In this document: piece by piece, positions 62,847-64,000 of the stretch
Layout: every line of letters starts with the position of its first letter
How positions within the stretch are numbered: position 1 is the first letter of the stretch
The notes under the pieces: generated by a model
The model's input: the letters and a program-made list of their open reading frames with translations, nothing else
Told to the model about the DNA's origin: nothing
Databases searched by the model: none
Source of the DNA: Octopus sinensis
Lineage: Eukaryota
Reading direction: 5' to 3'
Assembly: GCF_006345805.1 (NCBI RefSeq)
Contig: NC_043010.1
Span: forward strand, 41,292,001-41,356,000
DNA length: 64,000 nt
Position numbers and translations under genes: made by a program

Positions 62847-64000
62847 ATATATATGCGCCGTTGTTAGTGTCGTTCTTGGCACTAAGGCAGTTGCACGCTA
62901 TTTTGTAGCTGCGAATTAATAACTAAAAGAGCTCAACTGTAAGGTAAGGTTTTTGTTTTTTGGGTCCAGTGGGGGTTTGTTGTTTGGTGTGTAATATTTT
63001 TTCCCAGGCAAGAAGTCTTCACTGGATTCTAGACATTTGTCGGCTTGCAGTTGAGCAATATTGTTTACTTAAGGGGAATTGTTTGGCGGGCGTATCTCGC
63101 CGCCAAAAGTTTGAACTGGTTGAACTGCTGACGGACATTTTTGTGAACTGTCTTCGTGTTCTGAAATCTTCCTGTTTTTGGAGTATGAGTTAGGCCTAGG
63201 AGTACTCAAGTGGGCGAAGATTATGTGTCTGTTCATCTTTTTTTTTTTATTTATTTCTTCCTTGTCTATTTTTTTTTGTTTTTCTTCTTTCCTCTTCTAT
63301 TACATATTTTCCTTCTTTCTCTTTTTATTTTTTCCCTTCATACCTTTGTTTTTTTTCCTTTCCTATCTATAATTTTTTCCCCTTTTATTTGAATTTTCTG
63401 GACTTTTTTTATGAACATGGCTGAGTGTTGTTCTTAGCTGCAAATTATCGACGAAAATAGCTCAACTGTAGGATAAGACTGATATTACTTTGCTTTGAAA
63501 TAATTAAGGTCGCCGATAGGAATTGCATCCAGCCGTGCAAAATCGGCCTTAGCGAATTACGCCCGACCTATATAACCATAGAAAGAGGGACGTAAAACGA
63601 TGATGATGAAGATGATTTCACACACACACACAAACACACACGCACATGTATGTATTTATGTATGTATTTAGGTCGTTGTCTATGTATATGCATCTCATTC
63701 AATTTTAGTTATCATAATTTTGCGTGTATTCTACGGACGATTTGTTATAATCGTCATGCTTCTTAAGATAGACAGAAGAGCGCAGTTTAAACGGGAAGGG
63801 TAAATTGACATAGTATTTCACTGGTATATTACTTTATCAAGCCCAGAATGGCAAGGTTTCACTCGAAACATTAGTCAAAGAGCTTTTATTCTCACACTTT
63901 ATTCCGGCACTCTACTATGTTTACCATCCACACTTCCAAACACTACCTCCACCACCACCACCACCACCACCGCCACCGTCACCACCGCCACCATCAGTAC

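Noticed and set aside
62960-63400. ORFs 62960-63193 and 63178-63392 as a third gene
   Set aside because: No recognisable motif; the distal part is a T/C low-complexity tract.

Overview
AT-rich eukaryotic (animal) genomic DNA, not prokaryotic. The SINE, LINE and microsatellite repertoire looks like an Octopus/cephalopod genome, which is an inference from repeat style rather than from a search. The only host genes supported are two tandem, same-strand (+) paralogs of FANK1 (fibronectin type III plus ankyrin repeats). Copy A is 5'-truncated by the window edge and has 5 coding exons (2779-11772). Copy B is essentially complete, with 9 confidently placed coding exons (21429-50098) and a tentative first exon at 17165, about 345 aa in total. 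All placed exons have GT-AG sites and matching phases. Everything else is repeat: several tRNA-derived SINE families (one repeatedly inserted as a TSD-flanked dimer), RTE, CR1/L2, R4-like and Tx1/L1 LINE remnants, mariner/maT remnants, GG-terminal MITEs with 8-bp TSDs carrying telomere-like CCCTAA repeats, Helitron-like elements, minisatellites and microsatellites. The most notable non-coding signals are three minimal type I hammerhead ribozyme-like motifs with palindromic stem III (5450, 20161 on the minus strand, 60869), two long pre-miRNA-sized hairpins (19508, 28287), and a splice donor conserved just after the stop codon in both FANK1 paralogs. Nearly all ORFs in the supplied track come from microsatellites, SINEs or decayed transposons.
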